This document shows positions 20,681-32,947 of a DNA stretch of 39,062 nt, in pieces. A model generated the notes under the pieces. It was not told the origin of the DNA. It did no database searches and was given only the letters and a program-made list of their open reading frames with translations. The stretch is from Octopus bimaculoides. Taxonomy: Eukaryota. The DNA lies in contig NC_068981.1 of NCBI RefSeq assembly GCF_001194135.2, positions 17,354,787 to 17,393,848 on the forward strand. The letters run 5' to 3'. Within the stretch, counting starts at the first letter, position 1. Every line of letters starts with the position of its first letter. Position numbers and translations under genes: made by a program.

Positions 20681-21899
20681 TTTCTCGCTGACATTGTAAT
20701 CTGGCGATTAATGTATCCGGTTGTTTCGTAGGAAGGCCGGAAGCTGTGAATATTTTATGCTCCCCAGCCTATTCAAAGGCTCTGTCTGAATGTCAGAGTG
20801 CTCCTTGCAAGTTAGCGTTTTTCCTTCCCCTTTCAATTGTTCGCAAGAATAAATACTTCGCACAATATCAAAATAGATCTGAGAGATAAAGTGGGGGGGG
20901 GAGGAACCGGATAANNNNNNNNNNNNNNNNNNNNNNNNNNNNNNNNNNNNNNNNNNNNNNNNNNNNNNNNNNNNNNNNNNNNNNNNNNNNNNNNNNNNNN
21001 NNNNNNNNNNNNNNNNNNNNNNNNNNNNNNNNNNNNNNNNNNNNNNNNNNNNNNNNNNNNNNNNNNNNNNNNNNNNNNNNNNNNNNNNNNNNNNNNNNNN
21101 NNNNNNNNNNNNNNNNNNNNNNNNNNNNNNNNNNNNNNNNNNNNNNNNNNNNNNNNNNNNNNNNNNNNNNNNNNNNNNNNNNNNNNNNNNNNNNNNNNNN
21201 NNNNNNNNNNNNNNNNNNNNNNNNNNNNNNNNNNNNNNNNNNNNNNNNNNNNNNNNNNNNNNNNNNNNNNNNNNNNNNNNNNNNNNNNNNNNNNNNNNNN
21301 NNNNNNNNNNNNNNNNNNNNNNNNNNNNNNNNNNNNNNNNNNNNNNNNNNNNNNNNNNNNNNNNNNNNNNNNNNNNNNNNNNNNNNNNNNNNNNNNNNNN
21401 NNNNNNNNNNNNNNNNNNNNNNNNNNNNNNNNNNNNNNNNNNNNNNNNNNNNNNNNNNNNNNNNNNNNNNNNNNNNNNNNNNNNNNNNNNNNNNNNNNNN
21501 NNNNNNNNNNNNNNNNNNNNNNNNNNNNNNNNNNNNNNNNNNNNNNNNNNNNNNNNNNNNNNNNNNNNNNNNNNNGGTGGTTGTCGTCGTGGTTGGAGGA
21601 TGGTGGCGGTCGTCGTCGTGGTCATAGTCGTGGTCGTGGTAGTGGTGGTGGTCGTCGTCGTCGTGGTCCTAGTGATGGCGGCGGCGACGGCGGCAGCAGT
21701 ATTGTGACGTTGCTTTCGTTATTGACGCCGGCTGTGCTGTGTTGTTGTTCTTGCTGTTGTCTTTCGTTATTGTTCTTGGTCTTACTCTTACTGTCGTCAT
21801 TGTTGTTGTTGCAGATATCGTTTCTATGGTTATTGCTACTCTCTACAAAATAAAACTGAATCAATAATTACCAGGGGTTTTTTAAAAAAACAAAAAAAA

Positions 21900-22012
21900 G
21901 AAAGAAATACAAGTACTGAATTTTAGTCGACTAAAATTCTTCAAGATGGTGCTCCAGCATGGCCGCAGTCTAATGACTGAAACAAGTAAAAGATAACAAA
22001 AAGAAAGATAAA
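21900..22012 (+). mobile_element. Family-A SINE 3' fragment
   Basis: GGTGCTCCAGCATGGCCGCAGTCTAATGACTGAAACAAGTAAAAGA. Confidence 0.85.
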
Positions 22013-22023
22013 AGATATATGTA

Positions 22024-22740
22024 GGCGTAGGAGTGGCCGTGTGGTAAGTAGATTGCTTACGAACCACATGGTTCCGGGTTCAGTCCCACTGCGTGGCACC
22101 TAAGGCAAGTGTCTTCTACTATAGCCTCAGGCCAACCAAAGCCCTGTGAGTGGATTTGGTAGACGGAAACTGAAAGAAGCCCGTCGTATATATGTGTGTN
22201 NNNNNNNNNNNNNNNNNNNNNNNNNNNNNNNNNNNNNNNNNNNNNNNNNNNNNNNNNNNNNNNNNNNNNNNNNNNNNNNNNNNNNNNNNNNNNNNNNNNN
22301 NNNNNNNNNNNNNNNNNNNNNNNNNNNNNNNNNNNNNNNNNNNNNNNNNNNNNNNNNNNNNNNNNNNNNNNNNNNNNNNNNNNNNNNNNNNNNNNNNNNN
22401 NNNNNNNNNNNNNNNNNNNNNNNNNNNNNNNNNNNNNNNNNNNNNNNNNNNNNNNNNNNNNNNNNNNNNNNNNNNNNNNNNNNNNNNNNNNNNNNNNNNN
22501 NGAGAGAGAGAGAGAGCGTATATGCTTGTGTGTCTGTGTTTGTCCCCCCAGCATCGCTTGACAACCGATGCTGGTGTGTTTACGTCCCCGTAACCTAGCG
22601 GTTCGGCAAAAGGAAACCGATAGAGTAAGTACTAGGCTTACAAAGAATAAGTCCTGGGGTCGATTTGCTCGACTAAAGGCGGTGCTCCAGCATGGCCACA
22701 GTCAAATGACTGAAACAAGTAAAAGAGTAAAAGAGAGAGT
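22024..22740 (+). mobile_element. Family-A SINE, full length, internal microsatellite in an N gap
   Basis: Head at 22024 and tail at 22680-22735 match 13025-13447. Confidence 0.95.
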
Positions 22741-23368
22741 AATAGCTGCTGAAGCAGTATTGATACCAAAAAGTAATATTTATCCCCCACTTCAAGTGGA
22801 CGCTGTGTCCACATCACATAATACTACGTAATTTACTATGACAGAACCTCGTGTTTATATCACTGACGGGAGATAATCGACTGCGACCGCTGCCGGAACT
22901 GCCAGATCACGTGATTTCAGCCTTCCTAAGAATGTCTAGTCATAGGTTTACTCTATCAGGTTCAGCAGGGTGTTAAACAAGAAAACGAACAAAATTGACC
23001 TCAGCGGATTTGAAATCAATCTTCACAATATCAGCATTTCTATGAAGACTGTTGTCTGTAAGAACACGTCTGTACTAATGGCATCAGATTGCAATTCGTT
23101 ACCACCACATGCCAAACAATGATATTCTCGAGAAACGCATAGAAGTTGCTTAATCTTATTTCCTTCTCATAATTAAACGTGTGTTTATATAGCAGTGACA
23201 AAATAATTTAGTGTCGTCTGCCGATAAGATAACAGACTATCAGACATCCATATCAGAGAGTAGTGGATTTGAATACTGTCTGAAGCAGTCGCACATCTTT
23301 TTGCTTAAGCTTGTGATATTTACATGCGTGTGTGTGCGTGCGCACGTGTATAAGTGTGTATGTATATA

Positions 23369-23830
23369 CGTAGTCTGATCAATAAGTATCCGGACTGTTG
23401 CTATAGTAGCGAAGCTAAAGCACACAGAGTGAAGCCGCTTGGCAAAGATTAACCTTGAATTCTGCTGTGCATGCGCACTAGGTTTTAGCGTTCTAGCTCA
23501 CCTCCGCTGTTTACAGCAGTGCTTAGAAGGAAGGTATGTAGCGTGTGATCGTCGCATTGAGCATGACAAAGAAAGTTGAGCGGAGAATCTGCATCAAATT
23601 TCGTCTAATGCTTGGCGATATCTGCTCAGAGGACTACACAAAGTTTTCAAAACGTTTTCATCGTTCTTGATACAATCAAGGAGATCTTGTACAACTGAAA
23701 GCAGTCTTGGTCAGCTGAAAGCAATTTTGGCACAAACGTGGCAGACACGCGTCTCATACCCAAATCAGTGATAGTGGACTGAACTGTAACAAATCTACAC
23801 ATCCTCTGATAACTCGCGGATTGTAATTCG
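23369..23830. mobile_element. Rearranged mariner relic: 5' TIR and transposase N-terminus (+) fused to an inverted internal segment (-)
   Basis: TA then TIR-like CGTAGTCTGATCAATAAGTATCCGGACT; + strand MTKKVERRICIKFRLMLGD from 23563; - strand RITIRELSEDV...DLGMRRVSATFVPKLLSADQ...QDLLDCIKNDENV. Confidence 0.88.
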
Positions 23831-23883
23831 GTGCTCCAGCATGGCTGCAGTCAAATGACTGAAACAAGTAAATGAATAAAGGA

Positions 23884-23914
<31 letters not shown>

Positions 23915-24829
23915 GCCATCCATTTAGAGAAAAATTTGTAGTTTAGAATCAGTAGTTCTTTGACTGCTATTTCTAAATTTTCAGTATGTTGGAGAAGCAA
24001 CTCAATGCTANNNNNNNNNNNNNNNNNNNNNNNNNNNNNNNNNNNNNNNNNNNNNNNNNNNNNNNNNNNNNNNNNNNNNNNNNNNNNNNNNNNNNNNNNN
24101 NNNNNNNNNNNNNNNNNNNNNNNNNNNNNNNNNNNNNNNNNNNNNNNNNNNNNNNNNNNNNNNNNNNNNNNNNNNNNNNNNNNNNNNNNNNNNNNNNNNN
24201 NNNNNNNNNNNNNNNNNNNNNNNNNNNNNNNNNNNNNNNNNNNNNNNNNNNNNNNNNNNNNNNNNNNNNNNNNNNNNNNNNNNNNNNNNNNNNNNNNNNN
24301 NNNNNNNNNNNNNNNNNNNNNNNNNNNNNNNNNNNNNNNNNNNNNNNNNNNNNNNNNNNNNNNNNNNNNNNNNNNNNNNNNNNNNNNNNNNNNNNNNNNN
24401 NNNNNNNNNNNNNNNNNNNNNNNNNNNNNNNNNNNNNNNNNNNNNNNNNNNNNNNNNNNNNNNNNNNNNNNNNNNNNNNNNNNNNNNNNNNNNNNNNNNN
24501 NNNNNNNNNNNNNNNNNNNNNNNNNNNNNNNNNNNNNNNNNNNNNNNNNNNNNNNNNNNNNNNNNNNNNNNNNNNNNNNNNNNNNNNNNNNNNNNNNNNN
24601 NNNNNNNNNNNNNNNNNNNNNNNNNNNNNNNNNNNNNNNNNNNNNNNNNNNATATATAGGATTATATTGTCTCAGGTGTCCTTCTTTTTCAATATGACAG
24701 ATTTCGTTGCTTTTGCTGACAGGTCGAGCTACCTCACAGAAGCTCTCTTGGCTGCACGTTTCAATTTGTAAGCCATATTAGCAACATAATAAAACTAAAG
24801 GATGTTTTGTTTATTATTGCTGAAATGTC

Positions 24830-24985
24830 ATTTCTTCCGACTCTTTCGGTTCTGAGTTCAAATACCACTGGAGTCAACCTAGCCTTTCGTCCAAAAATAA
24901 ATACCAGCTGAACACTGGAGTCGATGTTATGCACTAACCCCCTCCCTTTAAATACTGCAAGCCTTGTGCCAGAATTTGAAACGAT
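24830..24985 (+). mobile_element. Family-D SINE, degenerate
   Basis: TTCTGAGTTCAAATACC...AAATACCAGCTGAACACTGGAGTCGATG...GCCTTGTGCCAGAATTTGAAA. Confidence 0.75.
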
Positions 24986-25421
24986 TATGTGAGACCACTA
25001 TCAGTGAAATTTAAATGTTATACAATACGAGGTCCAGTATTGTTATTGTTATGCTAGTTATTATTATTTTGTTATTTTTGTCGTTGTTACTCTTACAGTT
25101 ATTGCCATTTTGCTAGTGTTACTATTATTGGCGAGGTTATTAGCACGGTTGCTGTACTTATCGCTGTTTATGCTGTTTATGTAGTTGTTGTTGTTGCGGC
25201 AGATGCAGCTGTTGCTACAGTTACAGTTGTTGTTGCTGCTGCTGCTGTTACTCTTGAAGTTATTATTGTTGTTACTGTTATGGCAGCCATATCCAGAGGT
25301 TGTTGTTTTTTTTTATTTTTCTTCTTAGATTGGACAGCCAGACGCAAAAGATTGATTGCTCCCAGCTGCCACATATTCTACTCAATCAAGGACGCTGAAC
25401 TACGTGCTACAGAACAATCGT

Positions 25422-25454
<33 letters not shown>

Positions 25455-26111
25455 CAATACTACTACTGCTGATGCTGCTGCTACGAGTACACGATCTTCA
25501 TCAGGCAAAATTTGTCCTGTAAGCGCCATAAAATTTCACTTTTGACTTCTTAATAAGGAACAAAGTGCATTTATTTATATCAAGAGAATGAGATTAAGTG
25601 ATTTCCGTGCAATTCTTGAGAATTTTATTGCTATAGATGTGATGTAAGGGAATACCATTCTAATAGCGCCAGTTTCATTCCCTACTCTTATCCTTGAACG
25701 ATTCACAACCGCACCAATTCTTGATTCCTTTCTACCTTCAAAGCCCAGTAAAGGAGCATTTCATAAGGCAGGAATTCAAGTCGTTTCCCAGGCTATACTG
25801 ATATATTTTATGTTTTATACTTTCCTTGTTTCAGTCGTTGGAGTGCGGCCATGCTGGAGCACTACTTTAAATAGTCTTTGACAACCAAAACGATCCTAGT
25901 ACTTATGTAACAAAAACATCTTTAAGTAATTATTCTGGAGCATATTCACCATTTACCTCAATTACTGCTTCCCATTTGCTTGGAAGACAGTCAGACCGTC
26001 ATTTAAAGATGCTTTTGTTAAATATTGTTATTGTTTTTGTAGAATAAAATTTGCTGAGAAAAAGCCGCAAAATGTATGCACCAACCCAATAGCATTATAT
26101 CGGAAGATACA

Positions 26112-26310
26112 GGGCGGCGACCTGGAAGAGTCGTCAGCACGTCAGACAACATACTTAGCGGTGTTTCTTCTTCTTTTACGTTCTGAGTTCAAATTCCGCT
26201 AAGGTAGACTTTGTCTTTCATCCTTTCAGTGTCAATTAAATAAATACCAGTCAAGTACTGGGGTCGACCCAACAAAAAAATTTAGGCCTTGTGCCTTTTA
26301 TAGAAGGAAG
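26112..26310 (+). mobile_element. Family-D SINE
   Basis: GGGCGGCGACCTGG head, GAGTTCAAATTCC, CTTTCATCCTTTCAG core, GGCCTTGTGCC tail. Confidence 0.85.
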
Positions 26311-26444
26311 TATGTGGAAAGAGAGATACTCTTTTCTTGAACGTCTACATGTCCTTATAACAGATAAAGAAAGATTGGTGGGTGATGAGCAGAAAATATT
26401 GCAAGGAACTTAGTGGAAACAAATTCCTTACTGAAACCGCCGAT

Positions 26445-26780
26445 GCAGAAAGCTTTTGCAATTTTCAGTTTGTTTACATCAACTAGTTTCATCTTTTCTA
26501 TGCATTCCCAGCCGACACACAGACACGCCAAACACCTTTGAGCTATTTCTCACCTCCAAACTCAGCACCTACAAAACCATCAGCATCGTAAATACTACTC
26601 CCCACTCCACCACATTCGCAACCGTATGGCTGCCAATAACAAATGACTGGTTGGAGCTTCGTCCGTTCTATGCTCATTAACCTTTGCAGAGCATGTGCGT
26701 CATCCCTAACCTAACAGACACAGCTACGTTAAAGACTGAAGCTATAGTCTTCGGCGTCTCCTTTCACATCCTACACTCAG
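26445..26780 (+). mobile_element. Decayed LINE APE endonuclease C-terminus and linker
   Basis: LHQLVSSFLCIPSRHTDTPNTFELFLTSKLSTYK...DWLELRPFYAH, cf. L.QLV..PTRIP.R....N.LDLFLT and W.Y..ADW..LR.F. Confidence 0.68.
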
Positions 26781-26914
26781 GTAAAGGACGTTCTGGCACA
26801 GCCATTTTGGCGCCGCCTATTTTGCACTGCTGATTCAATTCTGGCGTATTTAACATCAGTTGTTTTAAAGTTTGATTTTAATGTTTCCCTCGTTGTCTCT
26901 CTCCTTCTTTCCTT

Positions 26915-26919
<5 letters not shown>

Positions 26920-26952
<33 letters not shown>

Positions 26953-27124
26953 TCTTCTTCTTCTTCTTCTTCTTTCCTTCCTCTTTCTCTCTCTCTCTCT
27001 CTCTCTCTCCTTCTTACCTCCACCTCTTTCTCCTCCTCTGTTTACGTGTGTGAGTGTATTTCTATATGTGTATAGGGAGAGGAAAAGTGCTCATGTCATT
27101 TGTCTTCCATTAATACATTTTAAT

Positions 27125-27180
<56 letters not shown>

Positions 27181-27291
27181 CGCTACTACTCTCGCTCGCT
27201 CTCACTACTATTCTCTCTCTCTCTCGCTACTAATTTCTCTCTCTTTCTCTCGCTACTACTACTCTCTCACTCTCTCTCTCTCGATGACGAC

Positions 27292-27359
<68 letters not shown>

Positions 27360-27363
27360 CGAC

Positions 27364-27401
<38 letters not shown>

Positions 27402-27459
27402 CGACGACGACGACGGCGATGATGAAGATGACAACGACGACGACGATGACGACGACGAC

Positions 27460-27491
<32 letters not shown>

Positions 27492-27520
27492 CGACGACGA
27501 TGACGACGATGACGATTAAG
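26920..27520. repeat. Compound microsatellite block: (CT)n, (CTT)n, (CTAT)n, (GAT/GAC)n
   Basis: Direct read. Confidence 0.95.
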
Positions 27521-27914
27521 AAGAGATGGAGAAAGATGGCGTTATGGTAACGATGACGACGACAATGGTGACAATAAAATCGTGATTCAAATAGAGTACT
27601 TCAAATTTAAGATATTCGGATATTTCTCCAAAATTCATTACAGTCTAAAATTTTGCTATTCGAATTATCTATTTGATTAATTTCCTTCACAATTATTATT
27701 TCATACATAAAGTTATTTATTTACGCCGTCAATATTAATTTAATTAACAGCAATCTAGTTATTAATTATGAACAGTCATACAAACACACGTCACACATAT
27801 TGCTAAATAGAGCGAGTAAGAATTTAAAATTTTCATTCTTTACAAGTGCTTTTTGGAAACAATGTTACGTGCTCTTAACTATATACGTGCCCTTGTGCGC
27901 GCTAATTAATAGCC

Positions 27915-28149
27915 ATATACATACATACATACAAAGGTACGAACGTACGTACACACATACATACATACATACATACATACATACATACATACGTACGTAC
28001 ATACATACATTCATTCATACATGCAAACATAGGTACGAACGTACATACATACATACATTCATAGATACATGCATACATACATTCATACATACATTCATAC
28101 ATACATACATACAGTCATACATACATACATACATACATACATACATACA

Positions 28150-28181
<32 letters not shown>

Positions 28182-28185
28182 CGTA
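27915..28185. repeat. (ACAT)n microsatellite with variant units
   Basis: Direct read; AGGTACGAACGTAC recurs at ~27935 and ~28031. Confidence 0.92.
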
Positions 28186-28489
28186 CACATATTTCTGTGC
28201 GAGTGTGTGTGTCTGCACTTGCAGTAATTAACTAAAATTGTAAACAATTAAGAACTTTATAATATAAATTAAGTATAATTATTTAGGTTTTGTCTTTGTT
28301 TTGCAGGATTTTTGACGAGTAATTGTGTGCTTAAACATGACTGTTTGTACCATGGGTGGGTCACTTTGGCAATAAATTAGTTAAATTGTTAATTAATATG
28401 AATAAAAGAACCAGATTATAACCAGTGCATGTGTATTTATTGACAAAATGGATCTTCCAAAAGACATAACAGATTCGTGCGTATATACA

Positions 28490-28495
28490 TGTACA

Positions 28496-28563
<68 letters not shown>

Positions 28564-28667
28564 CATGTATGTATATATATATATATAGATGTATGTATGT
28601 ATATATACACACACACATACACACATACATACATATATATATGTTTATAAGTATGCCGGTATGGATC

Positions 28668-28714
<47 letters not shown>

Positions 28715-28822
28715 ATAGATCGATAGATAGATACATACATACATACATACACACATCCATACATACACATGCATACATACATACATACATACAAAGATAG
28801 ATAGATAGACAGACAGACAGGC

Positions 28823-28866
<44 letters not shown>

Positions 28867-28886
28867 GGACAAACAGACAGACAGAC

Positions 28887-28940
<54 letters not shown>
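28490..28940. repeat. Compound microsatellites: (TA)n, (GA)n, (CATA)n, (GACA)n, (GATA)n
   Basis: Direct read. Confidence 0.95.
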
Positions 28941-29953
28941 TCTTCTAGAAGATTATTGATAAGGTTGCAATACGCAAAGAAAATTTTAGGAAAATAAAAA
29001 TAAGAAATAAGTGGAAATTTTAACGGTGAGTGTGTTAAATTTCAAGGCACAATAAGAAAATGACTCTCCCCAGATACAACAGTATATATANNNNNNNNNN
29101 NNNNNNNNNNNNNNNNNNNNNNNNNNNNNNNNNNNNNNNNNNNNNNNNNNNNNNNNNNNNNNNNNNNNNNNNNNNNNNNNNNNNNNNNNNNNNNNNNNNN
29201 NNNNNNNNNNNNNNNNNNNNNNNNNNNNNNNNNNNNNNNNNNNNNNNNNNNNNNNNNNNNNNNNNNNNNNNNNNNNNNNNNNNNNNNNNNNNNNNNNNNN
29301 NNNNNNNNNNNNNNNNNNNNNNNNNNNNNNNNNNNNNNNNNNNNNNNNNNNNNNNNNNNNNNNNNNNNNNNNNNNNNNNNNNNNNNNNNNNNNNNNNNNN
29401 NNNNNNNNNNNNNNNNNNNNNNNNNNNNNNNNNNNNNNNNNNNNNNNNNNNNNNNNNNNNNNNNNNNNNNNNNNNNNNNNNNNNNNNNNNNNNNNNNNNN
29501 NNNNNNNNNNNNNNNNNNNNNNNNNNNNNNNNNNNNNNNNNNNNNNNNNNNNNNNNNNNNNNNNNNNNNNNNNNNNNNNNNNNNNNNNNNNNNNNNNNNN
29601 NNNNNNNNNNNNNNNNNNNNNNNNNNNNNNNNNNNNNNNNNNNNNNNNNNNNNNNNNNNNNNNNNNNNNNNNNNNNNNNNNNNNNNNNNNNNNNNNNNNN
29701 NNNNNNNNNNNNNNNNNNNNNNNNNNNNNNNNNNNNNNNNNNNNNNNNNNNNNNNNNNNNNNNNNNNNNNNNNNNNNNNNNNNNNNNNNNNNNNNNNNNN
29801 NNNNNNNNNNNNNNNNNNNNNNNNNNNNNNNNNNNNNNNNNNNNNNNNNNNNNNNNNNNNNNNNNNNNNNNNNNNNNNNNNNNNNNNNNNNNNNNNNNNN
29901 NNNNNNNNNNNNNNNNNNNNNNNNNNNNNNNNNNNNNNNNNNNNNNNNNNNNN

Positions 29954-30021
<68 letters not shown>

Positions 30022-30051
30022 TATGTATGTATGTATAATGTATGTATATAT

Positions 30052-30530
30052 GGGTACAGGATGTCACCAACAGTAAACAACATGAAATGCGAAAACAAAT
30101 GAGTTCAATACGCAAACAACGAGAGAAACAAATGGAAAACAGGACAAGTAACACAAAGAACGACCATTCATCAGTTGTCGGTTGTCTATCTACTCCTCAT
30201 TACGAGCATTGAACGACAATATGAGTCTTTGAAGAGAGTTGCTCCCTTAAGAACCGAAATAAAATTTTGTATTTATGGAGGGTCAAAGTTGGGTACAAAA
30301 ACATGACAGTGGAGACATGCAAAGAAACCGAACGAAAACAAATATGGAGGGTCGTTAGACCAGAACGAGGGTAAAATAACGAACGCGGGAGAAATATTTT
30401 CTTTGAAAAGAGAAAAGATAGAAGAGAGATGTAGAATACGTCCAGTCCTTAGGACAGTCCCGAAGGAAAAGAAAGATGATCACGTGAGGAAAAAAAAGGT
30501 GGACGATGGTCACATGTGAGCAACGAGAGA
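30052..30530 (-). mobile_element. Unclassified repeat whose terminus is homologous to 32334-32432
   Basis: Minus strand CTGATGAATGGTCGTTCTTTGTGTTACTTGT...TCCTGTACCCATAT abuts a microsatellite. Confidence 0.5.
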
Positions 30531-30628
30531 GAAAAAGAGAAAGGAGAGAGAAAGAGACAGATAGAAAACGGTGAAGGGGAGAAAAGGGCATTAGAGAAAC
30601 GGATGGACGAAAAACGGTATATATATGT

Positions 30629-30661
<33 letters not shown>

Positions 30662-31049
30662 TATATATATNNNNNNNNNNNNNNNNNNNNNNNNNNNNNN
30701 NNNNNNNNNNNNNNNNNNNNNNNNNNNNNNNNNNNNNNNNNNNNNNNNNNNNNNNNNNNNNNNNNNNNNNNNNNNNNNNNNNNNNNNNNNNNNNNNNNNN
30801 NNNNNNNNNNNNNNNNNNNNNNNNNNNNNNNNNNNNNNNNNNNNNNNNNNNNNNNNNNNNNNNNNNNNNNNNNNNNNNNNNNNNNNNNNNNNNNNNNNNN
30901 NNNNNNNNNNNNNNNNNNNNNNNNNNNNNNNNNNNNNNNNNNNNNNNNNNNNNNNNNNNNNNNNNNNNNNNNNNNNNNNNNNNNNNNNNNNNNNNNNNNN
31001 NNNNNNNNNNNNNNNNNNNNNNNNNNNNNNNNNNNNNNNNNNNNNNNNN

Positions 31050-31358
31050 GAAACTGAAAGAAGCCCGTATACATGTATATATATATATGTATGTGTGTGT
31101 ATATGTTTGTGTGTGTATATGTTTGTGTGTGTATATGTTTGTGTGTCTGTGTTTGTCCCCCCAATATCGCTTGACAACCGATGCTGGTGTGTTTACGTCC
31201 CCGTAACTTAGCGATTCGGCAAAAGAGTCCGATAGAATAAGTACTAGGCTTCCAAAGAATAAGTCCTGGGGTCGATTTTCTCGACTAAAGGCGGTGCTCC
31301 GGCATGGCCACAGTCACATGACTGAAACAAGTAAAAGAGTAAAAGAGAGTAAAAGAGT
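31050..31358 (+). mobile_element. Family-A SINE; 5' part lies in an N gap
   Basis: GAAACTGAAAGAAGCCCG through the tail GACTGAAACAAGTAAAAGAG. Confidence 0.93.
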
Positions 31359-31519
31359 ATATAAACAAAATAATTAAGATTCAGATGAATTAGGTACTTA
31401 GGCTGAAGCACCAAAAATTAGTGCGGTATTATCCGTACAACTCAAAATGGAGCCGCTTGAAACGGTCGTACTGCATCACCTCAGGATATCCTGTTACTTA
31501 TTTTGATATATATATATAT

Positions 31520-31850
31520 ATAGGGAGAATTCACACAAAAAACAGCAGACGAAGACAGGCGGTGTAGAAAAGAAACAGATGTACTAGTATAACGCTTGGG
31601 TACTGGAACAGTCTTTAACGTTTCGAGCCTAGGCTCTTCCACAGAAAGGAACACAGAAAGAAACAAGGAGAGAAACAAGCAGGGAAAAAATGTGTGTAGT
31701 AGTTATCGATCTATCATGGCGAATTCCGGACAGAAGGGTCACACAGGAGAGTTAAGAAGAAGGGGAGATAACAAAGTAGTAGTGATCCCAATATATAGAA
31801 ATATAAGGAGCAAAAATACTGGAGATTCAGTAAACAACACGTGGTAAAAT
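31520..31850 (-). mobile_element. PLE pLTR-type repeat ending at a (TA)n tract
   Basis: Homologous to 19003-19197 and to 7747-7810, which is attached to GIY-YIG coding sequence. Confidence 0.68.
31613..31648 (-). ncRNA. Minimal type-I hammerhead fold with A6U core variant
   Basis: Minus strand: CUUU CUGUGGA A GAGC-CUAG-GCUC GAA ACGU U/AAAG. Confidence 0.65.
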
Positions 31851-32183
31851 TATGAGTTGAAAATATGTAAAGAAAAAGGAAGAAAAATGCTTTCGTTTCG
31901 CATAGTTTGATATTTTTTATATAAATATATACATATTATATGGGTGTTGTAAAATCCAACCGGTTTTCGCTATTTAAATTAGCTTTTCAAGGNNNNNNNN
32001 NNNNNNNNNNNNNNNNNNNNNNNNNNNNNNNNNNNNNNNNNNNNNNNNNNNNNNNNNNNNNNNNNNNNNNNNNNNNNNNNNNNNNNNNNNNNNNNNNNNN
32101 NNNNNNNNNNNNNNNNNNNNNNNNNNNNNNNNNNNNNNNNNNNNNNNNNNNNNNNNNNNNNNNNNNNNNNNNNNNNNNNNNNN

Positions 32184-32432
32184 TTCCTGTCTTGTTTTTT
32201 GTCCGCCACTACATTCCTCCATGGCACAGGTTTAATTTGTGTATACAAATTTAATTTGCGGTCCATGGGAAGAGCCGTTTTAACGATGCGTCCTGCCCAA
32301 CTCTTCGAAGCGCCGGTGTTAAAACGGGAGTAGCTGATGAAGGAAAATGTTCTTTATGTGGCTTGTGTGTTTTCTGTACTCTGGTTATTATTATTTTCTT
32401 GTCTACGTTTTGTTTGCAATGTCCTGTACCCA
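32184..32432 (+). mobile_element. Unclassified repeat ending CTGATGAAGG...GTCCTGTACCC
   Basis: Terminus homologous to 30052-30174 (-). Confidence 0.45.
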
Positions 32433-32670
32433 GATATGCACCTATATATACAGGTAGACGTAGGTATGCACATACCTGTACGTATATATGCATATACTCA
32501 TTTATTATTTGTTTTATATATATATATATAGCATATAGTATATCTTTTGCGTACAGTCTACTACTGATGAGTTTAGACTTACATGTAATGTATTACCTTC
32601 AGTCTGACTCCAGTAAACTGGTTAAAGCTGTACTTTGTAGTTGTATTGGGTATGGTATTCAGAAAAGAAG

Positions 32671-32939
32671 TAAGAGAAATTGTGATAACGACAAGTTTCA
32701 CTCATTTATTCCCAACGTTTGTTTTGCCATTATGACTATTTGCAACCTCTGCATTGGTTGATCCAAGTGCAATTTGATTTCTGTATCATAATGCAATAAT
32801 ATGTTATTCTGATGATCTGTTGTACTTAAGAATTCAATTGCTCTTGGAACGTCTAATGCAGAAGTTGTAAATAACCATAATGATGAAGTATGCGTTGGGA
32901 ACAAATTATATAAACTTGTGTTTAGCATAATTCCTCATA
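32671..32939. repeat. Long gapless imperfect inverted repeat (109-bp arms, 51-bp spacer)
   Basis: 32671-32779 versus the reverse complement of 32831-32939: 80/109 identical by hand count. Confidence 0.85.
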
Positions 32940-32947
32940 AATAATCT

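Noticed and set aside
20714-20913. 9-bp inverted repeat TATCCGGTT / AACCGGATA
   Set aside because: Short, no TSD visible, and the right side abuts a gap; compatible with chance.
32570-32600. CTGATGAG followed by the palindrome TTACATGTAA
   Set aside because: No GAAA and no valid stems. The CTGATGA at 32809 also lacks stems.
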